A stretch of 64,000 bases of DNA from contig BDGG01000001.1 in NCBI GenBank assembly GCA_001949185.1, positions 8,155,067 to 8,219,066 on the forward strand, written 5' to 3'. Positions within the stretch are counted from its first letter, which is position 1. Each line of letters begins with the position of its first letter. This DNA comes from Ramazzottius varieornatus. Lineage: Eukaryota > Animalia > Tardigrada. The notes under the pieces are model-generated. The model was not told where the DNA came from. It worked only from the letters and a program-made list of their open reading frames with translations, and searched no databases. Position numbers and translations under genes: made by a program. This document shows, piece by piece, positions 12,330 through 24,945 of the stretch.

Positions 12330-15290
12330 TGAGTTGTGGGGAGTGTACGAAAGCACGCTGGAAGGGGTGTGGAGAACCTCGAACAACGCTGAAGCCTGGC
12401 ATGGTGCGTTCGGAAATCAGGTTGACTGCGCACACCCGGGAATCTACAAGTTTCTTGATGGACTTTCAAAGGAACGGAAGTTCATCAAGGCGCGTGTGGA
12501 GGCACTTCGTGTTGGGGGTTCTTTACCGCCGAGGGACAAGTACTACCTAAAATACTCACAGAAATTGGTCGACATTTGTGAGTCGTATGTCCGTGCTCCC
12601 CGCCTGACCGAAGACTATCTGAAGCTGGTCGCTCGAAACATCGACATTGTGGCAGCGGTGAAGAAACGCCGGGTTGATAACGGTGAATAGTTTGGATACG
12701 ATTCGCTTTTTAGCATCTTTATCTGATCGCCTTTGTTTGCTCTTCGCCGGGTTTTATTCCAGATAATCAACTTTTCATTTAAGCCGAGTAGTTCTCGGCT
12801 TAAGGTTCATTGGTCTGTCACGGTTTTCTTCGTCAAATTATCTGCAGGGTATATTCGTTAGGTGTTTGATGAAGCAGTCAGTGGGGGGGTTCTGGCGGTG
12901 CATCAATTAGGGACTTTGCAGAAGATTTGTGTAGTGGGAAGCGTTCTTCGGGGAAAGAGGTCTTCGGGTCTGACGTTCTTCGGGTTCGAAGTTCTTCGAT
13001 TTCGAGGCTGTTAGGAGAAAGCGGTCTTCGGGTCTGGTTTCGATACTTCGGGGCAAGGGCTCTTCGGGTTCGAGGCTGTTAGGTTTGCCAGTTAGGGGTC
13101 AGAGTATGTTAGGGGAAAACGTCGTTAGGGGCCGAGGTACGGGGCCCTTATGGAACACAGGAAGACGATGTTTACAGGCTGAGAAAAACAGCAATAATCG
13201 TGCCAAATGGGAGCTCCGCATACAAACTCTACAAGATTATTTTTTTCTCAAATAGCGCACGTTCTCAATATTGTTGGCAGGAAGCATGCGCCACTCGGAA
13301 AGTGTATTATCCGAAGTGGAGCCCTGTGGCGGTGATACTGGCTGATGCTTGCGCCACTTTCCCAAACTTCCGAATGGAATAAACAAAGATATGGCGGTTA
13401 TGAACTATTTTGGCTTTAGTTTCACCATTCTTCTCAAGCAGATAATTCTCTGCTGCAGTGGTGGCCCATTCAATTTTAATTCTTTTTGACAGCTGGAAAT
13501 CAAATGATTGGCGGTTTTGAGCCGTCAGGTCGGATTCGCATGCTTCTCGAGACCTGCTGGGACGACGGCCCAAGCTGCCAGACTGTCATTCGTTAGAGTC
13601 CTTCGAAGTATCGTAAAGATTGTCAGGCGAAGTAACGCAACATTGTTGACTACCTAATCCGACACATGGGAAAACATGCTGTCAGTCTAGAGCAGAAAGT
13701 CCACCACCAGATGGAACAGTTTACGCTGGAGAAACAACCTTCAGAGGAAATTTTATCTGGAATGCTTTCAAAGTCATAATTTATCTCTTTTCTTGCTGTA
13801 GCGTATTTCACGCAGGAGTTCGTGCATTGCAAGCTATTTACTTCAGGACCATCTTGGATGCACTAACCAAAGGGCAAACCGTTCTTCCCGAAAGTGAGCG
13901 GGAAGTAAATCAAAGAGCGAACTGAGTTTTCTTCCAAACTTTTTTTAATTTTAGCGTTTAAGAGTACCGCAATCTACTTCAGCCACGTCATCGGTTTCAC
14001 GGAAGCTGTGGAACAAGCGAAGTTCCCTCTAAAGATCGTGAATATCCTCACTGGCCTGTACAGTGTCTGTGACAATGTGATCGCTGATTACGACGTTTTT
14101 GAAGCGGAAGCCGGTGAGTGCGATGCGCCTTCAGTCCAGGGCTCGTTCTTTTATGTTGCTTTTCTGATGTTGTTCCCCTCTTTTCCAGTCGGCGACGCGT
14201 ACACGGTAAGTGTCCTTTCTGAATCCCTTACACTAAGTGTTCCGTCTGGAACCACCTGCCTGTTTGCAGATTGTTGGTGGTCTCCCGGTCCGCAATGGAA
14301 ACCTCCACATTCAACACATTGCTTCGATGACTCTCGTGTTACGGAAAGAAGTAGGGAATATACAAGACGGGTGGCGGCCTCTCATGTAACCTTTCGATTA
14401 TGTGTGAGGATACATTATGGTGAGTTTCTAAGACCGAGAATTCTTTCTTCCGATGTGGTCTACGAACAACTTCTGATTTCTGATTTCTTGGAATACCCTG
14501 TGTATCGTCGGTGGTGGATCACGAATGCCTCGTTACTGTTTGTAAGTGTCCGTTTACAAAAGTAATCAACCTACGTACTTTGTCAAACGTCTTTGCGTAG
14601 ATTCGGAGACACTATCAATACGTCTAGTCGCATGGAAGCTCATGGCGAAGGTGAGTCTGGCGTGAACGGCTAGAGCAAAGCTCCACGAGTAGTGTACCCC
14701 TTCAATGGAAACTAATATTTACCCAGTTGTTCTTCCAGCTGGAAAAATCCATCGTAATCCCCGCCAAAGAGCTGCTTGGCCAATTTCAACAGTTTGTCGT
14801 TCTACCAGGCGGAAAAATAAATGTCAAGGTTAGTGCAAATTTTCTGATAAGGTCTGTCCTGATCATAATATACCAGATATAGTCCACTCGCTCGAGAAGT
14901 GTACAGCGCTCTTCGATTTCGAGATGTCGAAATTACCGTAAACACAAAAGAGTTTGCCATAAACATTTTTCGATTGTTTGTTGATTTACGCACCTGATGC
15001 ATATGGCGGAAAACAAAAAGTTGATTTTCATTCAGATTGATTGCATGTGAGCTGTTGACGTCACTTTCTTTTGTTTTTGGTAAGCTGTACGGTGAATGTT
15101 TGACCGGTGCCAAATTGAAACCGAAGAGCGGTGTATACTTCTCGAGGGAGTGGACTGTACCGAGATCAGGAAGTTCAGATGCACACCTCAAGATTGTTTT
15201 CCTTATGACGACCTTTCTTTTACTGCGGCAAACGACTGATGTAAACATACTAGTGGAAACCGACCGTCTATTTGAAATTTTCAAGTCAGA

Positions 15291-17514
15291 ATCCGCGTAA
15301 ACGTCAGCAATGATCCCAACGGATCAACCGTAAATTTTTCTTTCCGATCCGACGACTTGTTTAGCAAGGGCACCATCGCAATCGGCGGCCCAACTTGGAT
15401 TTTTCCGGCAACACTTAGTCTTCTCATTCTGATAAGTGCCATGTTGACCAACGGTAGTGTGCTATATTTGTTCATTTGCGAACCCTCATTGATTACGCCT
15501 TCTACTGCATACGCCATCAATCTCTTCATAGCCAACCTCATGACTGGAGTTATTCCTTACCCGTTCAAACTCTTCTCCCAAGTGTACTCCACATGGTGGA
15601 TCGGAGAGGTCTCGTGTACCATGGAGCAGTACACCGATTACATCTTCAGCGGAGGTATGTTTTATAGTCATGCTCTGCTCGCTTTAAATCGACGTTGGGC
15701 CGTGACCTTTCCAGTTTCGTACCGCCAGAAACATAATACCAAATTCGAAGTGTCTATAGGCCTGGCCATGTGGCAGCACTTGAACATCTGCGTGGTTCCG
15801 ACAATCGTAATTAACGCTCTCTATCGAGATCCAGGTTAAATTAGAGGTTGCGATTTCGGCGAGTCCACATCCTACGAATGAGTGATCTTCAGGAATATAT
15901 TTTTCGTGCTGACTCGGTGCACGGCCTGCCACTGCCTTTTCTCCGTGCACTGCCCGTGACACTCCCTTGTACTAGGTGTACTGGTTTTTACAATGCTTTT
16001 TGACTAAGTGCAGCGGGCTGGAAACGACCTTCAGACATAGTGACTTCGAAGGTTGTCAGCCCACCAAATCATGCATTTCATAGACCAGAAACCGCCGTGT
16101 TGATAATGGTAGCTAAACCGCGAGACTATATGGGTATCTGCATATGGGAATGCGTCCAAAGGGTGACTGACCGACTTTTTCAGGAGAACGATTCGAAGTT
16201 TCTAGGCTTTGAGGGCCAGCTCAAACCAGACTTGAACGTCCGTAAAACAAACCCTGAGGAACACGAATCTAAAGTCACAAACGGGCTTTGACCACAGGTC
16301 AGAAAGCTAAAAGGAAACTGAAAGTGCCGAAACCTGTGCGCTGCACATATTAGTGCGCACAACGGTCTCATACGCTGTGCGCTACTGTGAGTAATTAACT
16401 AATCAAACACCAAAGTAATGGATCCTCGTGCGTCGAAGGCGTACGCAAGACCGCGTCTTCGGCTGAGGTAACTTACTGATGGCAACAATATCCTGTTACA
16501 CCCCTGTAGTTTTCGAGTTGCAAGCACGAATCTTCCCGCCATTCGTTCTTGCTTCATTGCCGTACCAAAGTGCACCAAATCGAGCTTGTGGTTCAGTTTG
16601 ATATCTCAAACAATCTGTTGTCAGAAAAGACCGATTTGGACGAAAAAACTTTGGACGCGTTCTCGTATGCAGATACCCATATCTGAGAAAAGTGTTGGAC
16701 CAGAGAGCCACTATGACCTCGGTTTGAGTGGTGGTCTTTGTACGAAATATGGCGAAACCGAAGTAGGTCCAAAGGAAAACTAAAGCTACCGAGGCGCTTC
16801 ACCTCCGGGTCCTGGGAAGTGTGTCATCTTTTACACCTAGTATATCTCCACTCGGCAAAAAATGCTTGATTTTCTGCGCCGACAACCTTCGGAGTCGTTA
16901 CGTTTTGACCGTCGTATCCAAGCCGTGCACCTGGCCAAAAAGCAGTGTGGGAAGCAGTGCACCTAGTAAAAGGAGTGTCACGGAGAGTGCACGGAGAAAG
17001 TGCAGTGGTAGGCCGTGCGCGTAGCCTCGACCAATATTTTCTGACCTGCCAATGGCTGCGGTTGTGTTGGTGTTCCCGAAAGTCTGTTGGAAAGCGTCCA
17101 AACACAAACAATCCGCGTTCGACCAAAGCCTGAAACTGCTGTCACGTCCAGACAAGCAGTAACAATACTTAGGGCGACCGTAGAAGGAACACCCATGGAA
17201 ACTCAGAACTCCAGGTCAAAGCACTCCAGCTCAATGCGGCTGATTTGGCGCCCATCTCCGACAACAAAAAGCCCCGTGGCAAATACAACCGGCATTTCGT
17301 TGTACTCTGTTTAATGACCATGACCGTGCTGATATGCCACACACCTGTTCGGGTATACTACGGTTTGCGGCTTTTCGATGTCGACGTTCCTGGCTTCTAC
17401 CGGGTTGGCTCCATCACGACCGAGTGCATCACTGTGCTCGATCCTATATGGTTCGCGCTATCCTTAACGGAATTACGCAGCGCTTTTCATCGTGTCTACA
17501 TCCTACGCGTTTGA
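15291..17514 (+). pseudogene. Rhodopsin-like (class A) GPCR, disrupted
   Basis: TM1-4 in 15357-15839 (NGSVL, INLFIANL, W..G...C, LNRRWAVTFP.SYR); TM6-7 in 17245-17514 (ICHTP, LDPIWF); stop at 15839, insertion and frameshifts. Confidence 0.75.
15905..17030. mobile_element. Non-autonomous TIR element inserted in the GPCR
   Basis: ~65-bp imperfect inverted repeat GCACGGCCTGCCACTGC..CTCCGTGCACT..GTGACACTCC..ACTAGGTG at ~15913-15980 vs ~16955-17025; exact ends and TSD not resolved. Confidence 0.6.
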
Positions 17515-17582
17515 GATAACACTTTTCACGGCACAGCTTGTAGAGTCATGAATCTTGGCGTGTGATATTTTTAAAATAATCT

Positions 17583-17788
17583 GGGATCCCAGCAAACAAC
17601 CTCAACGTGATCGTGTTTCTTCTGAGTGGCGCACGCTTTTAGCCATTTACACCGAGAAGGTGCGCCGCTTGAGACAGCCTTCAAACTCGACAAGATCTTT
17701 TTTCAAGGGGCACACGTTCTTGGTATCATTGACCGTAAGCGTGCGTCACTTCGAAAGCCATCTTGTCGAGTTTGTTTGTCCAGCTCCC
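17583..17788. repeat. GTGGCGCAC palindrome family, 2 units (intergenic)
   Basis: GAGTGGCGCAC..GTGCGCCGCTT, AAACTCGACAAGATC, CTTGTCGAGTTTGTTTGTCCAGCTCCC. Confidence 0.8.
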
Positions 17789-17826
17789 AGATTACCGTCA
17801 CGAAGATCACACCGGAAAATTTACGT

Positions 17827-20353
17827 TCATATTTTCCCAGACGCATACACATGCAGATCGGAACTGGCGGACATATCAGCCAGTTGAAAAACAATCTTCA
17901 ATGGCAACAAAGACAAAAACTGCAAATTTATCCTATCCACAATTCTGCTATCAATTTGAAACTGACCGTTTTGTACACTGATTCCTTCTAAACATTTTAC
18001 CGCTTGCACACAGTTAGATATCAAATCAGAGGACAAAATCTCGAAACCACAGTAAACGCCGGCATCCAGCACCTTCTTCATATCCCCTTGAAGCGATTTC
18101 ACCAATTCTCTCAAACTCGCGAAAGAAGTCTGCACCGAAACCGCATCACTTTGCAGCAACCGAAGAACCATTGCGTACCCCACCAGGAAAGGCTCAACCA
18201 TATCCGAGAAAAGCTCGTGTATTTCACCCGAAACGTTCGTGTAATCGTGGGAAATTTCAGGAATCACAAACTCTCTCGAAAACAACTGTTTTAAAAATTC
18301 GAACGAATTCAACGATTCAACTTGCGACTTTTCCGAAGCTAAACGGAAAAGCACGCTGGGTGCCACCAGATTAACTATGTGATTTCTGTAGTGTGCCAGC
18401 CTGAGATGCAGTGTTCTCATATCCGAAAGGTGGCTTTGCTGGATCCACAACGTTCCTTGTTTTGAATCTAGCTGTAAAATGTTTAAGTGAATCTTTGTAC
18501 ATCTAATGAGATTCTTTGCCTCGAATCTACGGTCTGAATTACGGTCGTCTTTGGTCTGAGAAATGAGCAGCAGTGCCGAAAGTAACTTCTGACATCCTCC
18601 AACGAGCTCGTCCACAGGAAAGCTCGTTGTTCCCGTAGTCCGAAGTCTGTTTAACAAAACCGAAGCTAGCACAGCCCAGTCATGTATTTCGATCAGGTCT
18701 TGCTGTTGAGCAACGACCTGTAAAGCGAGATCACGGACAGCGCCCGACCCGTCCACCGTACTCTTAAATCTGTTTCGCGGCGAAGTATTATGAACTGCTC
18801 GGTCGACTCTCTTCTTCATAAAGTCTCTGACTGAAATCGGGGCTCCGCAACGGAACCATATCGAGCCATAGTTGTCCGTTAGAACTGTCTGTGAGGCTTT
18901 GAGCAGCCCAGAGGTCGTCTCGCGCGGCTTGGGCAGACCCAGGAGCTCTTTGGCGAAGAGTGACTCCTCCACGGTGCGTTCGTAGGTGATGCCCACAGGA
19001 ACAATCATTATATCTGGTACCCTACCTACCGTAAACAAAACAACTTGCAACAAGGAAGTTTCAAACCTTAATCCAATACCATACCTGCTAAGTACACTTC
19101 CACTGCGGCTTGCAAGAGGCCAAACTTTGGGTAAAGAGATTTTCCGCTTCGGCTGCGCGTTCCTTCCACGAAGAATTCCAGCGGCTGAGGCTGGTGAAGA
19201 ATATGATAGATGTATGCGGCGAATACTGTCCTGTAAAGTTCGTCATCCGCGAATGTCCTACAGGAAAGAGAAATCGAAATCATTCTGTACTTCTCAGTGA
19301 ACTTCTGCACTGAAAACGCCCAAAAAGCGTACTGACCGACCGAAAACCAAGATCGAACTGAATCCACTGATGACGGCACAATGACAACGCCAATTTAGAC
19401 CATATGCTCCGTACACCAGAAACACAGCTGTGATGTCGCGCGTAAGCCGTCTACTGACATCACGGACAGCATCTGATGACGTTCGCACAGTCAGCTTAGC
19501 AGTGGTGTACTACGTAAAGACTGTGACGTCATGCGCGACTTTGGATAAGAATACTGTCTGCTGTTGGATTGACAGAAATGTTGATCACTCCGTCCTGATT
19601 TTGCACATACCTTCGGATGAAGAACGCTCCAGCTTTTCGCAGGACTTCTCCAACACCAGTCATGCCCATGAAGTCCACACCAGAAGCGATCAAAGGCAGG
19701 GGAAGGCCGTAATGGAAGGCGACGAAGGAGATCAGGAGGAAGTCGATATAGCTTCGATGCGTGGGCATCAAAATGACAGGTACATCTTTCTCTTCGAACA
19801 GGCTCTTGAGCAGCCGAACCGACCGGAGATCTATCCAAATATGCTCGTACATCCTCCGCGACGTCTTGATCAGAATCAGGCCCATCAGCCGAATATAATT
19901 GATGCTGTACTTGTGCCCCATTTCTTCCAAAATCCTCCTCACTTCCGACTGGAGTTCCGCTTCTGAACGCTTCTCGTCTTTCCTCACGAGTAGCATCCAG
20001 ATGACATCGGAGATCCTCTGGCTTTGCATCACTCGCTTCTTTAACTCTTCCGAGTCGATAGTGGACGGATTTTGTGAGGAAGACTGGGTTGTTACTGTCC
20101 ACCGGAAGTCACCGACCGATCGAAGTTCTTCGATGAGATCTTGCCTCTGACAGGTAGTGATGCCTGTCCAATCCATGCTGACAGCGCGCTTGCTAGACCA
20201 TACTTCGATCAAGTGGTGCAGAAGTCGGTCAGGTCTCAGGCCGGCCAGAAGGTACAGCAGCTGGTCTACGATCTGTGCCCGCGACGCAGCATCGTCCACC
20301 GCGTAGGGCTTGCTCCAGTGCAACACCACGTCGATCAGGCTACTTATCCACAT
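17827..20353 (-). CDS. GNPAT: Dihydroxyacetone phosphate acyltransferase (glyceronephosphate O-acyltransferase)
   Basis: Exons 20353-19611, 19257-19085, 19025-17827; motifs PTHRSYIDF, ASGVDFMGM, GAFFIRR, FFVEGTRSRSGKSLYPKFGLL, VPVGITYERTVEE. Confidence 0.9.
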
Positions 20354-21084
20354 TTCGCATTTCTCAATGACACACCAGACTTGCGAACAGGTACGGGATA
20401 AGAGGACATGGAAACTTTAAGGAGGAGAAGACTTTACGGGATGACGTAATTTCAAGAAAATAAATTAAATATTAGATTTTGAAAAGTCCAGCTGTGAGCA
20501 ATCAAGTATCCATCCACTTGACCAATCAACTCGTTGGGGTTCCATGACGTAACTGTGGACCTCTGGTTTGCGTCTTTGTGGCTCGGTTCAGAACAGCGAA
20601 AGACCACCGCAAAACGGTGGACAAAATCCAGGCGCTAATTTACAATTTCTTCGCGATCGCTTGATGCGAGAGTTATTTTTAGAAAATCGAGGGTATCTTG
20701 TTGTCCATTACAGTAGTTACTCATCTCGGAAGGCAGAGAAAGCATTCCATCCTCTCTGAAACACTATGGCCACTTCCTGTCGGCAACTACAGCGAGCCAG
20801 TGTTTTACTTCTATGGCACTTTGTTTTACTAAAGTTACTTGGTACGTTTCTTAGTATTTATCACATCAGAACAATGACTAGGCAGAAATGAATACGTTTA
20901 TTATCAGATCACTGTGTCGTGGCTAGAAGGTACTAACAAGGCCTTGCTGCCGTTGATAACATCGGGCATGAGGATGTTATCTTATCTCCCGGTAAGTAAC
21001 TGCTTCATGTAGTCGAAACATCCAGTGGTGGGAATTTAGTAGAAGAAACGTTTGGTATCCTTTCTCCTGACAGAAGCATTCAGC

Positions 21085-23137
21085 ATGGACTCAAGCAAGG
21101 CTAAAGAACCCCAGTACCAATCGGGTTTCGGCAACTACTTCCGGTCAACCGACCCAAGATGCCCAGACGCCCTTCCCGAAGGACAGAACAACCCCCAAAT
21201 GTGTCCTTATGGCTTGTACGCTGAGCAGTTATCGGGAACAGCCTTCACTGCACCACGGGAAACCAACAAGCGAACCTGGTTTTACCGTATCCGACCATCG
21301 GTCATCCATCGACCGTTCGCCGTAAGTTTTATCTTCATGCTGGCCGTGCATTATTCGCGTGGTTCTACTGAGGATAAAAATGAGATATGGGACAAAAAAC
21401 TGGGACAAAAATGCCGGCAAACGAAACGTACAAGGGCGTTTTTCCCAAGTGGCGTACTCTTCCAGCCAATCACAATACGAACTTGCGCCCCTGAGGATGA
21501 CGATCCTGTGCGTTCCGTTTGCCGACCTCCCAAATGATGGTGACTGTGACTTATTGTTACAGAAATACGAGCACGCGGGTTTTCCCGACACCTATACCGA
21601 TGTCGCACCCAACCCCAACCAACTACGCTGGAAACCCTTTCCCATCCCAAGTTCCGATTCCCCCGTAGACTTTGTCGATGGTATTCGGACCATCTGCGGA
21701 GCCGGCGAGCCTTCCGTTCGTCATGGGTGCGCTGTCCACATTTACGCATGTAACGCCAGCATGGAAAACAAGGCATTTTACAGCTCAGATGGCGACTTCC
21801 TCATCGTACCCCAACAAGGTAAGCTACGGTACCTTCCGATGACATTGTTGTCCTCTTGTGACGATATCTAACTTCTGGGCAGGTACTTTGAGGATCAGGA
21901 CCGAATTTGGCGACATGATCGTCGAGCCGAATGAAATCTGCGTGATTCAGTTGGGGATGAGGTTTCAGGTTCTGGTGGACGGTCCTTCCCGTGGTTACAT
22001 CCTGGAGGTTTTCGACAGTCATTTTCAGCTGCCAAACTTGGGAGTTATTGGTAAGCTTTCTTTGAGTTTTAGTTCTTTAAATTCCCGATACCGAAGTGAT
22101 GTTCCTCCCTCCTAACAGGTGCCAATGGCTTGGCCAACCCTCAGGACTTCTGGACTCCAGTGGCGGCTTTCGAAGAGAAGGAAGAGACATATAAAATCGT
22201 CAATAAATTTCAGGGCTTTTTATTTGTCGCGGAACAGGTTAGCCTAGTTAGAGACCATTCAGACTATACGCCGGAATTATGAATGAAAAGCTGTCGTTTC
22301 TCTTACAGGATCACTCGCCTTTCGATGTGGTGGCCTGGCACGGGAATTACGTTCCGTACAAGTACGCCTTGGAGAACTTCGTGGTAGTGAACACAGGTAT
22401 CGAGTACTCTGCTGATGTGAATATTCTGTTGATATTTCTCGCAAGGATCGATGTGTCATTGGTGGTTCGCTCTCAGTGTCTGTGGACCACATCGACCCGT
22501 CAATCTTCACCGTACTGACTTGTCCGAGCGACAAACCCGGGACCGCCATTGCCGACTTTGTCATCTTCCCACCACGGTGGGGTGTGGCCGAACACACATT
22601 CCGACCTCCCTACTACCATCGTAACTGCATGAGCGAGTTCATGGGCCTCATTAAAGGCAACTACGAAGCCAAAGTACTGTAATGCAGGAGAAAGATCTCG
22701 TCAAACAAACTTTATAAGGTTGTTTTCTCAAGCAGCGCACATTGTCGATGTTGTTCGCTGACAGTTGCGCCACTTGGAAAAGCGATCTGGTCGAGTTTGT
22801 TTTGTTTGCGTACTGCAAGTCTCCATCAGTACAGTTGAGTGAGTATCCTTTTGTGTTTCAGGAAGGAGGTTTTCAACCAGGTGGCGCTTCGTTGCACAGT
22901 ATCGGAACACCTCACGGACCGGATGCCCTTGCCTTTGAGAAGGCTTCGAGAGCTGATCTGAAACCCGAACGTGTGGCTGACAACACCATGGCCTTCATGT
23001 TCGAATCCTCCTTGAGCCTCAAAGTAACTCATTACGGCAACACGGACTGCCGAGCCGTCGACGAGAAGTACTATGAATGTTGGAAGCCACTCAAGAAATA
23101 CTTCGATCCAAACAGCCGCGATGTAAAATTAACCTGA
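21085..23137 (+). CDS. HGD: Homogentisate 1,2-dioxygenase (7 exons)
   Basis: [82 protein letters not shown]; GT-AG introns. Confidence 0.97.
21402..21531. repeat. GTGGCGCAC palindrome family, HGD intron 1
   Basis: TTTTCCCAAGTGGCGTAC..TTGCGCCCCTG..GTTTGCCGACCTCCC. Confidence 0.75.
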
Positions 23138-23614
23138 GACGATCACAAGCTTCGGATACATGGTCGTGGATTCTTTCGGACATGGAAGACCCTACGTCGC
23201 TCCATACTATTATTCACTCATTCAGGAGTGATATTGCTGGGTTCTGCCACAATCATGAAACTCAGGAAGTACAGTCATCATAATGCTTTTCGTGTCTAAT
23301 TTTTTCTGCAGATTTATTTCATCTCCAACCAAACAACTTTAAATGACTACGAGTATACAATGCGTTTCTCTCTAAGTATCAGCGTCGAGCTTTCAAAGTT
23401 CAAGGTTCAGCTTTTGCGAAAAGGGATGCAAAAAGAAGGTCGCGATACAGCGCACCTATTGAATGCATCGTATTTATCGTTGTCCGACTTAAAGACCACG
23501 GTTCTTCTGGTGAAGTATCGTTGCAGGAGATCACAGTCCATTTTGTCTAATTGATGCTCCCAAAACTTTAGTCCGCAACCGAGAATCTCGTTGAGCCAGG
23601 CCACCCGTTCCTTC

Positions 23615-24421
23615 CTACAAAAGCATGAGGTCAAGTACCATAGGTTCTGCAATATGTCCAAACAAACTATTCGGTTTTCTACTGCCGTACCGTGTCTTGA
23701 GCTTGGCGAGGAACTCTTCCGTCTTCCAGCGCTGGTCTGCCTCTTCGAAGTCCTCGGCCAGCTTTTCTTGCATCCACTGCACCTGTTGAGCATTGGATGG
23801 CCACAGCAAGTCTTGTTGCACCAAAGCTTCCACTAGCCAGCGAAGAGGATTGAACCTATACCCTCCCTTTCGAAACCCGCTTCTAATCTTGTCGGTATAA
23901 TTGACAACAGTACTCTCATTCAGAACCAACCGTCGGACCACGTAAGACTCCATGCCCAGAGGTTCCGGTAAGTTCCACAGAGTGAACGTGCAGTTGACGA
24001 ACTCGAATGTACCAATGGATTCTCCGATATATTCTATGGTCAGCAGATACCGCTGCTGACTCTTGTTGAACACCCCAGTAGTCGAACACGTGAATATCTC
24101 TTTCACAAAGACGAAACGATCGATCCGTCCTGCGCACGCCCGCACACTGCATCGGAGGGCGAAATTCGAGCGCGGTTCATCCGTTATGCCCAAAATGTTG
24201 TCAAAACGATAAGCCAGCTTGGCAGGCTCGAAGACGCAGCAAAGGATTGCGCCGAACGAAGGAACCGATAGGACGTTACACCACCAAGAAGCATTCAATC
24301 TCATTTGCTCGATCATTTTAACCGGAAATGGGGTCTTCGGAATGTGCACACTGTGGAGGGATTCGTTGATAAAACGACAGACACGCTGGAAGAACCGAGA
24401 TTGTTTCAGATCGTTCAACAT
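23615..24421 (-). CDS. Uncharacterised protein (~268 aa)
   Basis: Uninterrupted ORF of globular composition between HGD and the HTH gene; no recognised domain; 5' end uncertain. Confidence 0.5.
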   Translation of the reverse strand: MLNDLKQSRFFQRVCRFINESLHSVHIPKTPFPVKMIEQMRLNASWWCNVLSVPSFGAILCCVFEPAKLAYRFDNILGITDEPRSNFALRCSVRACAGRIDRFVFVKEIFTCSTTGVFNKSQQRYLLTIEYIGESIGTFEFVNCTFTLWNLPEPLGMESYVVRRLVLNESTVVNYTDKIRSGFRKGGYRFNPLRWLVEALVQQDLLWPSNAQQVQWMQEKLAEDFEEADQRWKTEEFLAKLKTRYGSRKPNSLFGHIAEPMVLDLMLL

Positions 24422-24945
24422 CGTTCCCACATCTCCTGTACAGTAAACATGCTAGTCAGGACTTCCTCTTGTTGGTCGAACGGGGCCGCCATGTAGCTTC
24501 AGGATTTGGTTGATCGTGGGTTTGATGCGAGCCCTGCTAGCAGACCTGCAAACGGAAAACTCCGCACCAGCTGCTGTCCTGTCTCTCGCAGCTTTCTCTA
24601 CCGATTACAAGGATACCACTGAAGATTAACATCACTAGAAACTGTGAGAAGAGCACTGCGCTTCTGAATTTCTGCTGCAATGGAATTATGATTTTTTACA
24701 AACAACCGGAAGTCAGTCCAAGCACCCTTCGGCACGCCATTACCGCCATCGCCATGGCAGGCGACAGGGTAATATTAACAAATGCTCTTCACGCATTCAG
24801 AGTTCAGATGCAGTCGTCTGGAAGTTCAGTTCAGAAATTCTTCAGCGTTCCAAATTCATTCCCAGGATACCTGCACCGCTTCTTTTGGACCATTGATCCC
24901 ACTTGGAACACCGGAAGTAAAAACCTGGGCGTCAGCTCGTCTCAG

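Larger units (their letters stand above)
9147..12690 (+). pseudogene. FLYWCH + MULE DDE transposase pseudogene
   Basis: FLYWCH (GSYTY..TY*NC..GC..HNH); WIMDGTF, QLYTIH, FALLPNK, DYERA, GCYFH (intron 10092-10192), YFSETWIG, LWGVY, RTSNNAEAWH; TAG stops at 9327 and 9606, 38-bp frameshift insertion, nested element. Confidence 0.9.
8783..13147 (+). mobile_element. MULE/Mutator (Phantom-like, FLYWCH) DNA transposon, inactivated
   Basis: TSD TTATGAAAC (8774-8782) / TTATGGAAC (13148-13156); imperfect TIRs GGTGGGGTACG..CCCTAAC / GGGCCCCGTACC..CCCTAAC; subterminal repeat arrays; internal transposase. Confidence 0.9.

Noticed and set aside
14008-14565. 185-aa ORF
   Set aside because: Reads through intron-like pyrimidine tracts; no recognisable domain; at most a relic.
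19258-19610. TGATGA motifs in GNPAT intron 1 as a C/D snoRNA
   Set aside because: Boxes are antisense to the host transcript and no terminal stem was seen.
21322-21562. Palindrome as an intron-creating element (introner)
   Set aside because: Copies lie inside introns with unrelated flanks and do not supply the splice sites.
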